From a virus (Duplodnaviria; Caudoviricetes): a stretch of DNA of 64,000 bases. Made by a program: the position numbers and the translations under genes. The notes beneath the pieces are model-generated. The model did no database searches. It was not told the origin of the DNA and saw nothing but the letters and a program-made list of their open reading frames with translations. Numbering within the stretch: position 1 is the stretch's first letter; every line of letters starts with the position of its first letter. Of the stretch, positions 26,302-36,204 are shown piece by piece. Where the stretch lies: positions 1 through 64,000 of IMG/VR virus record IMGVR_UViG_3300043432_000238. One strand, given 5' to 3'.

Positions 26302-27065
26302 AAGGTAAGGGGTGGTTTTGGGGTTTCTGGGGTTTTTGGGGTCTGATTCAACCAATGCGTAGCAAGTGTCAACACATTTTAGACATATTTGGTGACAGTT
26401 ACATGTATAGGGCTGAAACGCACCCCAAAAACCCCAGAAACCCCAAACCCCTCAAAAATCCGATCACCACCTGGAAGCTCTTGATCTGGGCCTACCGCAT
26501 CCAGATGGTGCAATACGATACGGATTGGTGCGGCGACGGCAGCCGTGATGACGCGCTCGGACCACCCGAGATGTTCGATGTCGCGCTGGCCGCCACTGCC
26601 GAGCGCAGCATGGCAGCCCATGCCGATGCCCATATCGTGCACCGCCATGTCGTCAAGCTGCGCTGGCCGGCTCCGCGCCTGATCATCGACAGCGCCGCGC
26701 GCCGTCAGCCGCCGGTCTGGAACCCCGACCTGCCGCCGCCGCGCGTCGTGCCGGTCTGGATCGGCGGCGAGGGCCGGATCGTACGAAACAGCCGCGAGCT
26801 ATGGGATGTCGCCGTCTACGGCCGGCTGCGCATGCTCTACGGCGTCACCCGCAAGGGCCGCAAGTCGCACGAGCCGAACGGCTGCGCGATCACCTATGCC
26901 GGCACCTCGCCACAGGAGATGGCGGCGATCCGCGCCAAGGCGCGCGATGACTATGCCACCTGGTGGGAAGGGCTCCGCCTGCTGACCATGCAGATGCGCG
27001 GCGAGCAGATGTTCGAGCGCTGGCGCATCGACGGCATCGGCGCCACTCGTGACCCGTGGAATTAG
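26298..27065 (+). CDS. hypothetical protein (true start probably downstream of the repeat region)
   Basis: Long ORF; N-terminal FWG repeats are a by-product of the DNA repeat. Confidence 0.6.
   Translation: MKGKGWFWGFWGFWGLIQPMRSKCQHILDIFGDSYMYRAETHPKNPRNPKPLKNPITTWKLLIWAYRIQMVQYDTDWCGDGSRDDALGPPEMFDVALAATAERSMAAHADAHIVHRHVVKLRWPAPRLIIDSAARRQPPVWNPDLPPPRVVPVWIGGEGRIVRNSRELWDVAVYGRLRMLYGVTRKGRKSHEPNGCAITYAGTSPQEMAAIRAKARDDYATWWEGLRLLTMQMRGEQMFERWRIDGIGATRDPWN
26309..26451. repeat. 26-bp perfect inverted repeat of G-tracts around an AT-richer core; candidate replication origin
   Basis: TTTGGGGTTTCTGGGGTTTTTGGGGT (26317-26342) and its exact reverse complement at 26422-26447. Confidence 0.8.
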
Positions 27066-27280
27066 GATGTGGACTCAATGGCCTCGGCAATTTTCGCAGA
27101 TCGCCGCTGCGCAAGCCTGATCAGATCGGCGACATGTCCCTCGTGTGGCTCATACTCGCCGGATACCCAGCGATGCACCTGCCGCGGGTTGACGTCTAGA
27201 TCTCGGGCCACGGCATTCTGCCACCGTGGCCCGTGAAGAGCCTCGCCGAGCAGGCGGAGTTTGTCGAGATTGGTCAGCAT
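27062..27280 (-). CDS. HTH protein
   Basis: WQNAVARDLDVNPRQVHRWVSG. Confidence 0.65.
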   Translation of the reverse strand: MLTNLDKLRLLGEALHGPRWQNAVARDLDVNPRQVHRWVSGEYEPHEGHVADLIRLAQRRSAKIAEAIESTS

Positions 27281-27573
27281 CTGTCGATCGCCGAGCCGCA
27301 GAGCTTGGCTTTGATGCCGCACCGTTCAAGCTCGCCCTTATCGGGCGAGAAATGACGGCCAAGATAGCAGCCATCGCCCCAGATTTCCGCCGTCAGCGGA
27401 CCAACAAAGCCAATCATATCGGCGTCAGGCAGGATGTCTTCGGGCATGACCGGCCAAGCGCGGCCCTGGTCATCGACGTCCACCAGCATATATTTCGGCG
27501 CATACTGGTTGATGTACCTATCTTCGGTCAGGTAGTCGCCGCGCACTTTGCGCCGGGTGCGGTTGGTGGTCAT
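27274..27573 (-). CDS. hypothetical protein
   Basis: RBS GGAG, ORF. Confidence 0.55.
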   Translation of the reverse strand: MTTNRTRRKVRGDYLTEDRYINQYAPKYMLVDVDDQGRAWPVMPEDILPDADMIGFVGPLTAEIWGDGCYLGRHFSPDKGELERCGIKAKLCGSAIDRC

Positions 27574-27601
27574 GGTTCAGCGCTCCTTGATGTGTGGATG
27601 A

Positions 27602-28108
27602 TCAGTGGTTCATTGCGCGATCGATTGCCTCGCGCCGTTGGGTCTGAACGGCTTGCCATGCTTCCGGGTCAGCCTTGATGGCGGCAGCCAGATCGGCCCC
27701 GGCCTTCGCGAGAGCGGCAAGTTCGGCCATTTCGCCCTCTTCGTGCGAGGGTTTGACGCCGTGGATGCGGGCGTATTCGACGGCTGCGTTTCTGGCTGAT
27801 CCGACTTCGGCCTGCCGATCGCGGACGGTGTCCTCCAATTGCCAGATCCTGTTCATCCGGTCGATCAACGTCGGCGCATAGTGCTGATTGGCGGCCAGGA
27901 TGGCGTCGATCTCCGTCTCAGTGAGGGCGTATTTGCTATCCACGACAGCTACGATCACCTGCCCGCTGGAATGCTTTTTGGGCGTGATCAGCGGCTGATA
28001 GACAGCACGCTTGCCGTTGATCATCAGCTCGCCCACGCCGCCTTTGCAGGGCGTGCAGGTCAGTTTGTCGCCATTCGCGAATGTCTTGATGTCGATCGTT
28101 TTCTGCAT
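27602..28108 (-). CDS. hypothetical protein
   Basis: RBS GGAGG, ORF. Confidence 0.6.
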   Translation of the reverse strand: MQKTIDIKTFANGDKLTCTPCKGGVGELMINGKRAVYQPLITPKKHSSGQVIVAVVDSKYALTETEIDAILAANQHYAPTLIDRMNRIWQLEDTVRDRQAEVGSARNAAVEYARIHGVKPSHEEGEMAELAALAKAGADLAAAIKADPEAWQAVQTQRREAIDRAMNH

Positions 28109-28446
28109 CGTCGTGGCCTCCTGCCATCAGTTGAGCGGCCCGATCGCCGTCTCAATGTCTATAATATATAGACAGTCATCGGCGTTGACAACAGCGAATT
28201 CGTGACCATTCGGAAAAAGGTTATTGACAAAAACGGGAAAATCCAAAATGCTTCGGCAAGATTGTGGTATGGCTCGAAAATTATCCGGGCCAGGACGATG
28301 CCCGCCCGGACTTGGTCCGCGTTGCGGGCTTTTTCATGATGACGCCGCCGAGCTTCGCGAAGACGTGCTGCAGAATAAATAGGCTGATGAAACTTCAGAT
28401 TGCACTTCTGCAACTTGCACCCAACGTTACAGATTGAGTTGACCGA

Positions 28447-28650
28447 ATGAGCGCAATCTTCGACCGCACCTCCTTCGGCCGTCAGGAGTTCGAGCCCTAT
28501 TGGTGGACGGATAATTGGACCGCGGAGCAGAAGCAGAGCGACGGCGATCCGAAGAACCGCATCGGCCACATGCAGCGCACCAAGGCGCGCATCGACGCCG
28601 ACCTGGCAAAAGAGCCCGACCATGTCTTCGGTCCCGAGATCACGCGGTGA
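28447..28650 (+). CDS. hypothetical protein
   Basis: Short ORF after an AT-rich promoter region. Confidence 0.5.
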   Translation: MSAIFDRTSFGRQEFEPYWWTDNWTAEQKQSDGDPKNRIGHMQRTKARIDADLAKEPDHVFGPEITR

Positions 28651-28794
28651 GCGCCACCGGCATCGCTCTCGCTCTGGTGCTGTTCTTGCTGGCCTGCAAC
28701 GCCGCGGCTGTCTGGCTTGGTGGCTGGTGAGCCTCGCCGAGCTGCTCTACTTCGCATTCCTGATCGTGCTGATCTTTTCTGTGGTCGAGGGCGG

Positions 28795-29142
28795 ATGACG
28801 ACGACTGACGCCGCGGTCAAGCCGCATTGCCGTATCGGGAAGATCCGTGCCAAGAACGGCGCCGAGCTTCGCGTCCTCCCCGGCCTTGCCGAGCGCAACG
28901 CCAAAGAGGCATGGACCGATCTGCGCTCGAAGGTCGCCAAAGCCGAAAAGCATTACGGCGAGACCCTCGACGGCTTCATCCTGATCGCCTGGGATGCCGA
29001 GGGTTGGTGGAGCTGTTTCCATCGCGCTGGCCGCATGAGGCATGGCAATTCGCTCGCCGATTTCGCTCGCGGCGCCGTGCAGCGGCAGTTCGCATATGAA
29101 GAAAGCGCACAGGCGATCGAGGACCTGCTGCAGAACAAATGA
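28795..29142 (+). CDS. hypothetical protein
   Basis: RBS GAGG, ORF. Confidence 0.55.
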   Translation: MTTTDAAVKPHCRIGKIRAKNGAELRVLPGLAERNAKEAWTDLRSKVAKAEKHYGETLDGFILIAWDAEGWWSCFHRAGRMRHGNSLADFARGAVQRQFAYEESAQAIEDLLQNK

Positions 29143-29203
29143 CCGGTTTATAAAGCTTTAGATTGTACTCAATCGGAGCATACACGCAATCGGTCGCATG
29201 CGC

Positions 29204-29228
29204 AAAAAAAACCCGCCTCCAGGGCGGG
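29204..29228 (-). terminator. intrinsic terminator
   Basis: CCCGCC-N5-GGCGGG hairpin followed by T8 on the minus strand. Confidence 0.8.
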
Positions 29229-29250
29229 CTGATGGCGAGACATGAGCTGT

Positions 29251-29478
29251 TCACGCATTGTCTCTGTGCGTCCTGATCGCGTCCAGCATCGTCTTGGATG
29301 CATCCACGATCCGTCTAAGGCATTTCGCGGCAAAAGCCTTGGCCAGCTTCATATTTTCGGCTGTGGCTGAAATATCGCCGCCTGTGGCGAGACAGTCGCT
29401 GGACAGTCGCCAGACAATGGCGCGGTCCATCGGGACAGTGACGGCGCCGCGTGGACGTTTGGTGGACGGCTTGGGCAT
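29251..29478 (-). CDS. hypothetical protein
   Basis: RBS GGAGAC, ORF. Confidence 0.5.
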   Translation of the reverse strand: MPKPSTKRPRGAVTVPMDRAIVWRLSSDCLATGGDISATAENMKLAKAFAAKCLRRIVDASKTMLDAIRTHRDNA

Positions 29479-29529
29479 CGGGTGTCTCCATGGATGTGGA
29501 GACCGGGCACGGGGCCCGGCCTTCACGGG

Positions 29530-30588
29530 TTACGCGACACGGCGGATTTTCGGAACGGAGAACTCGGTCCTCCGTCCGGAACGGACGACGGTGAGAGCAC
29601 CGCTCTCGATCCAGCGCTGCACCCATTTGGCGAAGGTCGAGCGGGCCACTCCGATCTCATCGGCGATCTTGTTGCCGGATGCGATGTAGGTGCCCTGGCT
29701 CGTACGGATGCGCTGACGGAGCCAGTCGAGCGCCGCGGCCTCAGTCATGACCGCCGGCGTCTCTGTGGCGGCCGGCTCCGGCTGGTCCTCCGCTGACTGG
29801 CGCCGGGACTTGACGCCCGAGCCGATCAGCTTGACGGCGGTATGGGCCAAGAGCGCCACGCCCTGGGTCACCAAGATGCCGAGGATGGTCATCACCAAGG
29901 CGATGGTCCTGGCGATGTCTGCGGCGTCCCGGTTCGTCCTGGCGGCGATCCAGGTCGCCACCATCGAGGCTTCGGACGGTCCGGCCTCGGCATCGGTCTT
30001 GGCCTCGGCGAGCTCGGCCTTCGCGGCGTCGCGCGTCTTGGCCTCGGCGAGGCGGTCGAGCAAGGCGGCGTGAGCGGCCTTGGCCTCGCGGCAGAACTTG
30101 AAGCAGGAGGCGGCACCCATCTTCTTGGTGTCACCCTGCTCCAGTGCCTCCGCCGTCTTGCCGGCATCGGCGATCAGCCGTTCCAGCGTGGCGGTGTCGG
30201 CGGTCTCCTTGATGGCCGCCAGCGTCGCTCTCGCGCGGGCCTGGTCCTTCTCGGCCGAGGCGTATTTGGCCGCCTCGGCGGTGCGTCCCAGGATCTGTGC
30301 ACCCATCTTCTGGGCATAGGCATTGATCGCCGCCCAGCAGGTCAACAGGACGCATACCGCAGTGAGCGTGCGCAACAGGCTGGACCAGCCGAAGATGGCC
30401 GCGACCGCCGGCAATGCGGCAACGCAGACGGCGGCGATGACCATCACCGTCGCGAGCTCCGGCGAGATGCCGGCGCCGTACTCGTAGTTGTTGATGATGT
30501 CGACCTTCAGCGCGCTCATGGCGATGGCGCCGAGGCCGATCCCGGTCAGGATTTGCATCCATCTCGGGACTGTGCTAGCGTTATGCAC
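29530..30588 (-). CDS. membrane protein with coiled coil and C-terminal HTH
   Basis: Several N-terminal TM segments; GNKIADEIGVARSTFAKW. Confidence 0.7.
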   Translation of the reverse strand: MHNASTVPRWMQILTGIGLGAIAMSALKVDIINNYEYGAGISPELATVMVIAAVCVAALPAVAAIFGWSSLLRTLTAVCVLLTCWAAINAYAQKMGAQILGRTAEAAKYASAEKDQARARATLAAIKETADTATLERLIADAGKTAEALEQGDTKKMGAASCFKFCREAKAAHAALLDRLAEAKTRDAAKAELAEAKTDAEAGPSEASMVATWIAARTNRDAADIARTIALVMTILGILVTQGVALLAHTAVKLIGSGVKSRRQSAEDQPEPAATETPAVMTEAAALDWLRQRIRTSQGTYIASGNKIADEIGVARSTFAKWVQRWIESGALTVVRSGRRTEFSVPKIRRVA

Positions 30589-30880
30589 TGCAAGTCCTCC
30601 GTTTGGTCATGGTGGGGTTTTGCCTGTGTTGCCCGGCCGTGGTGTGGGCCACCACGCGCCGGGTTTTTGCTGGGCTAACGGCGGGTGACGAACGTCGCCG
30701 CAAAAGCTGTTTCCAGCCTCCGCGTCCTCGCTGCCATGATCCGCTGATAGCGCTCGCCGACGGCTGCACGGCGCTCGATCGTCCAGCCGCGGTCGATATA
30801 GGTTCTGTTCATGGGTTGTCCTCTGTGTGGAGGCGTCTCGCATCTCCCTGCAAGGACAGCCCGAAGGCTGTCCGAGAGGA

Positions 30881-31063
30881 TTATTCGGCGGGGTAACAGT
30901 CTGGGTAGGAGGCGGAAACGCAGACTTCTCCGCGTTCGAGTTTGACTTCCACCATACCTTCACAGATGCCAGACAGAACGGCGGCGATGCGGCCAGGGTG
31001 GCCGTTGCAAATCACTTTGTCGCCTACGGAAAACTTGAATTTCTCGCCGATTTGATAGGCCAT
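30881..31063 (-). CDS. small hypothetical protein
   Basis: RBS GGAGG; SH3-like FSVGDKV. Confidence 0.55.
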   Translation of the reverse strand: MAYQIGEKFKFSVGDKVICNGHPGRIAAVLSGICEGMVEVKLERGEVCVSASYPDCYPAE

Positions 31064-31290
31064 GTCGTCCTCCAGGATGGTTGAGTTGTCCTTGGAGAGA
31101 GATGCGCGTCGCTTCGGGCTTTTCAGCTCCCCCGCGCCGGCTTGATCCAGGGCTCCTCCCCTTTACGGGGAACCTTCGCGGCGCGGGTTCGTCGCGATGA
31201 CAAGGGGATTGTAGCGCGGTTTCCGCGCAAACACCAAGGAAAGGTCGCGGTTCCCGCGCCTAATATGCGATCACGTTTTCGTGAACACAG

Positions 31291-31530
31291 TCAATCGATC
31301 GGGATAACGAGCTGCGCAAGCGCGTGGATAAGCTCCGGCCCAAGTTGCTCCACGATGAAATCGCGCAGCTCGTGCCGATCGATGACGATGGCGACTTGAT
31401 TGTGTCGCATCGTCGCGAGAGCCATGCCGCCGCCGAAAGGCAGCTTGGCCGCGCGCTTGATCTCGGTTTTGTTCATCGGGCGGCCGATGACGATGAAATG
31501 GTCTTTGTGACGGGTGATCATCGCTTTCAT
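31291..31530 (-). CDS. hypothetical protein
   Basis: Coupled to the upstream XRE gene. Confidence 0.45.
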   Translation of the reverse strand: MKAMITRHKDHFIVIGRPMNKTEIKRAAKLPFGGGMALATMRHNQVAIVIDRHELRDFIVEQLGPELIHALAQLVIPID

Positions 31531-31769
31531 TCCGGCCAAGGCTCCGGTATGCTGGCGCCCTTCGCCATCATATCCATGAGCACGCGGGCTGCGTAGTCGG
31601 GCACGGCGGGGCGTCCTGTCTTGGGATCGGGCCGCTCGTAGGCTTGGATGGCGCGCCGGCTTTTCTGCAATTTCGCCGCCGCCTCTTCTTGGGTAAGCCC
31701 AAGCATCAGCCGCCAGCGGGCGAAACTGGTCGCCGCGTTCTCGATCTTCTCTGCGCGCTTTCTGCTCAT
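31527..31769 (-). CDS. XRE-family HTH protein
   Basis: WRLMLGLTQEEAAAKLQKSRRAIQAYE. Confidence 0.75.
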   Translation of the reverse strand: MSRKRAEKIENAATSFARWRLMLGLTQEEAAAKLQKSRRAIQAYERPDPKTGRPAVPDYAARVLMDMMAKGASIPEPWPE

Positions 31770-31950
31770 GACAGCATCTTTGTGCACAGAAACTGCGTTC
31801 GTCAAGTCTCAGTCATAATCGAAAGGACCACCCGCATGGCGAAATCGCCCAAGCCTGCATCGAGTCCGAAGCCTTCGTCTTCCAAGCCTGCGCCCAAGCC
31901 GATGGGCGGCGGCAAAGGCGGCAAGCGCGGCTGCTGAGGCGGAAAGACAC

Positions 31951-32148
31951 ATGCCCAGCACCAGCCAGGCCCAGCACCGTTTCATGAACATCATCGCCCA
32001 CTCGCCGAAATTCGCCAAGAAAGCCGGCGTCAAGCAATCCGTCGGCCGCGATTTCGTCGCCGCTGACAAGAAGCGCGGTAAGAAGGCGCTCGGCAAGCTG
32101 CCGGCCCGGGTCGCGCCGAAGCGCACCATCGCAGCGGGCGGCTACTGA
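31951..32148 (+). CDS. small basic phage protein
   Basis: MPSTSQAQHRFM...FAKKAGV.QSVGRDF motif. Confidence 0.7.
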   Translation: MPSTSQAQHRFMNIIAHSPKFAKKAGVKQSVGRDFVAADKKRGKKALGKLPARVAPKRTIAAGGY

Positions 32149-32582
32149 TGAGCGACCGGCCCGGCTACCTGATCGCGACGATTGGCCCAACCGGGCACCT
32201 CACCATCTTCTCGACCCATTGGACCGAGGGCGAGGCGCGGCGCATGCTCGACGGCCTGGGCCGCCTGATCGGGCACGATCACACCGCCTATCTCATCGTG
32301 GTGCCTGAGGGCGAAGGCGTGGTTGACGAGCCGCAGATACGGCTCGAGCCGAAATCACCGAGCCCGGCGCAGGCGGCACCAGCGCCAATGTCGGACTCGG
32401 CTCCAGCCTCCGCACCAGCGCAGCCGCCAGCGCCTGCCGAGAAGCCGGCTCCCTTCCGCCGCCGGTCGCAAGCCGAATTCGAAGCCGAGACCATCGCTAT
32501 GATGAACGGCGAGATCCCCATGGACGGCATCCGGTTCCGCGACGCCGACGCGCCGCTCTCCGAAGGCGGAGCGATCTCCTGA
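32148..32582 (+). CDS. hypothetical protein
   Basis: Coupled ORF. Confidence 0.6.
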   Translation: MSDRPGYLIATIGPTGHLTIFSTHWTEGEARRMLDGLGRLIGHDHTAYLIVVPEGEGVVDEPQIRLEPKSPSPAQAAPAPMSDSAPASAPAQPPAPAEKPAPFRRRSQAEFEAETIAMMNGEIPMDGIRFRDADAPLSEGGAIS

Positions 32583-32986
32583 TGCCGCTCGATCACGTCC
32601 ATGGCGAGCGCATCGAGGGGCTCGACGAGGTGTTCCTGGTCGCGCCCTTTGAGAAATATGCCGAGCAGACGCGCCTCACCGCGATCGTCGAGGAAACCAC
32701 CGGGGGCAAGTTCAAGCGCAAGGTCAAGCGCGAGCGCCGCATCGTCGACGTCGCCATGGGCTACGCGGCAAATGGCTTCGCCAAGATGGGCCTGCCGCAA
32801 AACAGCGAGATCGACATCCTGGTCCAGGAATATGTCCGGGTGAACCAGGTCGCATTTCTGTTCTGCGCTCGCATGGGCGGCAAGGACTATTACATCGCGC
32901 CGCCGGCGGTGTTCCAGCTCGGCGAGGAGCAGATCGCCGACCTGACGCTGCGCGGGCTTTGGCAACCCTACAGGCTGAATTCATGA
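32582..32986 (+). CDS. hypothetical protein
   Basis: Coupled ORF. Confidence 0.6.
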   Translation: MPLDHVHGERIEGLDEVFLVAPFEKYAEQTRLTAIVEETTGGKFKRKVKRERRIVDVAMGYAANGFAKMGLPQNSEIDILVQEYVRVNQVAFLFCARMGGKDYYIAPPAVFQLGEEQIADLTLRGLWQPYRLNS

Positions 32987-33564
32987 GCGACGACAAGCCC
33001 GGCGCCTGGAAAGAGGGCCTCGAGCCCAAGCAGGTCCGCTTCGTCGAGGAATATCTCGTCGACCTCAACGGCACGCAGGCGGCGATCCGGGCCGGCTATT
33101 CCGAGCACACCGCCAACCAGCTCGCCTACCAGCTCTTGCGCAAGCCGAAGGTCGCCGAAGCCGTCGCATTGGCGATGGCCGAAAGACCCGGCGTCACGCG
33201 CGCGCGGATCGTCGACGAGCTGGCCAGCATCGCCTTCGCCAATGCCGGGGATTATTTCGCCTGGGGGCCAGACGGCGTCACCGTGAAGCCAAGCGATGAC
33301 CTGACGGAAGCCCAGCGCGGCGTCATTGCCGAGGTCAGCCAGACCGTCACCGAGAAGGGCGGCGCCATCCGCGTCAAGCTCTCGGATAAGCAGGCGGCGC
33401 TGGAGAAACTGGCGCGGGTGTTCGGCATGTTCTCCGACAAGGTCGAGCTGACCGGCAAGGGCGGCGAGCCGCTGGCGCCGGAGACCGGCACGCGCGATCT
33501 GGCCAGAGCGGTCTTGGATATTCTGCGCACGGCGCAAGTCAAGAAAGAGGGCGACGGCCAATGA
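32983..33564 (+). CDS. terS: terminase small subunit
   Basis: KQVRFVEEYLVDLNGTQAAIRAGYS...KQAALEKLAR. Confidence 0.92.
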   Translation: MSDDKPGAWKEGLEPKQVRFVEEYLVDLNGTQAAIRAGYSEHTANQLAYQLLRKPKVAEAVALAMAERPGVTRARIVDELASIAFANAGDYFAWGPDGVTVKPSDDLTEAQRGVIAEVSQTVTEKGGAIRVKLSDKQAALEKLARVFGMFSDKVELTGKGGEPLAPETGTRDLARAVLDILRTAQVKKEGDGQ

Positions 33565-33935
33565 TGCAGCGCATGCGATTCGACATCAATACCGATACTG
33601 GAACGCAGGGCGATACCGGTCCGGTTTTTTCCGGCATCATTCGCCAGATGGGCTGGGCACCAACGGTTAGCGATACTGGTGCCGCACTCTACGTAGCGTT
33701 AATCAACGCTCAAGGCGATACTTCCGGCGGTCTCACGCTCGTCAATGATGAGGACAGCCTTGGTGCCAGCTTTCTTCGCGCACCGGTCATCCCCGGTACT
33801 TCACCCGATGGTTTTGACACTGGTGTAGACCAGTATTTTCCGCCGGTCGCTGCGGGTGGCCGGCTTCGTATCAAAGTAACACCAGCAAGCGCTGGAGTCG
33901 CCGGCAAGCTGTACGTCTGGGCTGACAACGGCTGA
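33561..33935 (+). CDS. putative virion protein with 4 DTG motifs
   Basis: Beta-rich small protein; TDTG, GDTG, SDTG, FDTG. Confidence 0.7.
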   Translation: MMQRMRFDINTDTGTQGDTGPVFSGIIRQMGWAPTVSDTGAALYVALINAQGDTSGGLTLVNDEDSLGASFLRAPVIPGTSPDGFDTGVDQYFPPVAAGGRLRIKVTPASAGVAGKLYVWADNG

Positions 33936-33966
33936 TAACAGACATCTCCTGGGAGATGATTGAATT

Positions 33967-34353
33967 ATGGCGGTAATAAATTATACGATTGAGCAGAATG
34001 TTCCCGAAGGCTGGGTCAAACTTACTTGGAACTTTTCTTCGTCCGGCGAAGTGTCACCATTTCCCAATCAGGACGAAGGGCAGGCTTTTGATTGCGATGG
34101 CCTATTGGTTAGCGCAGCCGTTACCTCAGGTGACTTCGGCGGAGTGAATGACAACGGTAAGATCGATGTTCTAGGAAGCCATTTGGTTTCTCCCGCTAAC
34201 TTTTTCTCACTATTCACGTTTGATCGCACGACTGGGGAAAGTTTCGGCATAAAGCCACAATTGAGTGTTCCCTCCTACCTACAGCAAATAAAACCGACCT
34301 ATAACAGGAACAATAGAGCGGTAAGTCTTACAGTGTTGCTGGTCCGCACGTGA
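33967..34353 (+). CDS. small beta-rich protein, paralog 1 of 3
   Basis: INYTIEQN...K.TW...GQAFDCDGL shared with 44391 and 45444. Confidence 0.7.
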   Translation: MAVINYTIEQNVPEGWVKLTWNFSSSGEVSPFPNQDEGQAFDCDGLLVSAAVTSGDFGGVNDNGKIDVLGSHLVSPANFFSLFTFDRTTGESFGIKPQLSVPSYLQQIKPTYNRNNRAVSLTVLLVRT

Positions 34354-34394
34354 TCTCCCGTCTTTCTTACACGCATACAAAAGACTAACCATTA

Positions 34395-34955
34395 ATGCTC
34401 CACATCGTCTCCGGCTTCATGCGCTGCGGCACATCGATGATGATGCAGGCGCTGGAGGCTGGCGGCTTGGCAGCCGTCTATTCCACCCGGCGCGACGAGG
34501 AAATGAACGCCCGCTGGGGCGAGGCCGACTACAAGCCCAATGATAGCTATTACGAGCTGGACGGGGAGGATTATCTGCGCGGCGATCTCGAGCAGCGCTA
34601 TCCCGGCAAGCTGGTGAAGTGCCTGTGGGGCGGCGTTCTGCGCATGCCGCCCGGCGATTACCGCATCGTCTTCATGCGGCGCCCGGCGTCGGAGATCCGC
34701 GTCTCGCTGCTGGCGTTCTTCGGCACTGACTATGCGGCGGCCCGCATCCCCGATCTCGACCGGTCGATGGACGGCATCGTCGAGGTGCTGCGCGACCGCA
34801 GATCCTTCCGTTCCGTCGACGTGCTGCACTATCGCGATGTGCTGGCAAATCCATTTGCCGCATTCACCTCGCTGAAAGCGAGCGGATGGCCGATCGATGT
34901 TGCTGCCGCTGCCGCTATCCCGTCTCGCCAGAAGGCGCGCTTCAGCCATGCGTGA
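34395..34955 (+). CDS. sulfotransferase-family protein
   Basis: 5'-PAPS-binding-like IVSGFMRCGTSMMMQAL; IVFMRRP...S. Confidence 0.75.
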   Translation: MLHIVSGFMRCGTSMMMQALEAGGLAAVYSTRRDEEMNARWGEADYKPNDSYYELDGEDYLRGDLEQRYPGKLVKCLWGGVLRMPPGDYRIVFMRRPASEIRVSLLAFFGTDYAAARIPDLDRSMDGIVEVLRDRRSFRSVDVLHYRDVLANPFAAFTSLKASGWPIDVAAAAAIPSRQKARFSHA

Positions 34956-36204
34956 GATCGAGGCCAAGCGGACGCCGTGCTCCAAGACCTTCGATCTCGG
35001 CGACGGCCGGCACCGGCTAGATGTCGGCCAGCAGCCAAAGCATTATGAGCAGGACGGCCGGCTGCTCGACATCGACCTGACCCCGGAGTTCGACGCCGTC
35101 CGCGGCTGCCATGCGCTGCGCAACTGCCCCTATGCGCTGCAGGTCGCCCACGATGCGCCGGCCCATGTCTACAATTCCCGCAGCGGCAAGCGTGTCTCGA
35201 TCGAACTCGTCACTGAAGCCAGAGGCGCGCTCGCCGAGGGCGGCCTGTTCAAATGGGGTGAGGTCGGCCGCGACACCGATTACATCATCCAGCCACTCCC
35301 CGGCGGCTGCGCAACGCTGCTCGTGCTGAACACGCCATCTGCGCCGCGTGAGTGGTCATGGCGCGTCCAGGGTGACATGGACCTGATCGTGCCGTTGGTC
35401 GGACAGGATAGCGCCAGGCGGCGTCTGGAGCTGATCGAGACGCGCGACCCTGCCGCCTGCATCATCGCGGTCCGATGGACTGGCCGCACGATGGTGCCGC
35501 GAGAGCTCAGGCGGCAGAAGCAAACCGTCTGGACGGATGACGTCACCTGGCCGGTGGTCATTGACCCAACGGTCAACGAGAACATCGCCGCCAATGGTGA
35601 CGACGTGTGGTCTTACTGGAAAAACAACGGGGCAACATTCAGTTCCTTCAATGCGTATCCGCGATCATACCTTTACGCGGGCAGGGCCAACGCAGCTCGA
35701 AGCTATGCAGGATTGCGTTTCCAGACGATCGCAATTCCGGCCGGTTCTACCGTCAACTCGGCGACATTGACGATCCGCGTCACGGGCGTCACCGGCAGTC
35801 CCAATATCAATATATTTGGCAACGCTGTTGACGATGCGGCAGCTTTCACCTCGCCGGCCAACCGCATCAAGGCCATGACCAAGACTTCGGCTTCGGTGAA
35901 CAAGACATCCTGGACGAATGGTGCTGATAACGCCATTACGGTTACGAGCATCATTTCGGAACTGCTTGGAAGGGCCGGCTGGGCCTCCAATAACGACGTC
36001 GCGCTCGGGTTTTTCAACAATAGCGGCGCTAGCGTGAACTTCGTGAAATTCGCCGCGCTTGAGCACGCGACGCTCACCGAGGCCCGCCTTTCAATCGACT
36101 ACACGGCAGGCGGCGGTGGCGGCGGAACGGTTCTCGACCACTACGCCGACAAGGAATTCCAGAGCAGCCGCTTCGTCAAACCGAGGTTCCTGATCCGGCA
36201 ATGA
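34948..36204 (+). CDS. putative virion/fibre protein with DNRLRE-like C-terminal domain
   Basis: W.V.IDPT linker; AGLRFQTIAIPAGSTVNSATLT. Confidence 0.6.
   Translation: MREIEAKRTPCSKTFDLGDGRHRLDVGQQPKHYEQDGRLLDIDLTPEFDAVRGCHALRNCPYALQVAHDAPAHVYNSRSGKRVSIELVTEARGALAEGGLFKWGEVGRDTDYIIQPLPGGCATLLVLNTPSAPREWSWRVQGDMDLIVPLVGQDSARRRLELIETRDPAACIIAVRWTGRTMVPRELRRQKQTVWTDDVTWPVVIDPTVNENIAANGDDVWSYWKNNGATFSSFNAYPRSYLYAGRANAARSYAGLRFQTIAIPAGSTVNSATLTIRVTGVTGSPNINIFGNAVDDAAAFTSPANRIKAMTKTSASVNKTSWTNGADNAITVTSIISELLGRAGWASNNDVALGFFNNSGASVNFVKFAALEHATLTEARLSIDYTAGGGGGGTVLDHYADKEFQSSRFVKPRFLIRQ

Noticed and set aside
31060-31290. Hairpin-rich intergenic region as an ncRNA
   Set aside because: Short GC stems expected by chance at this GC content; no promoter or recognisable motif.
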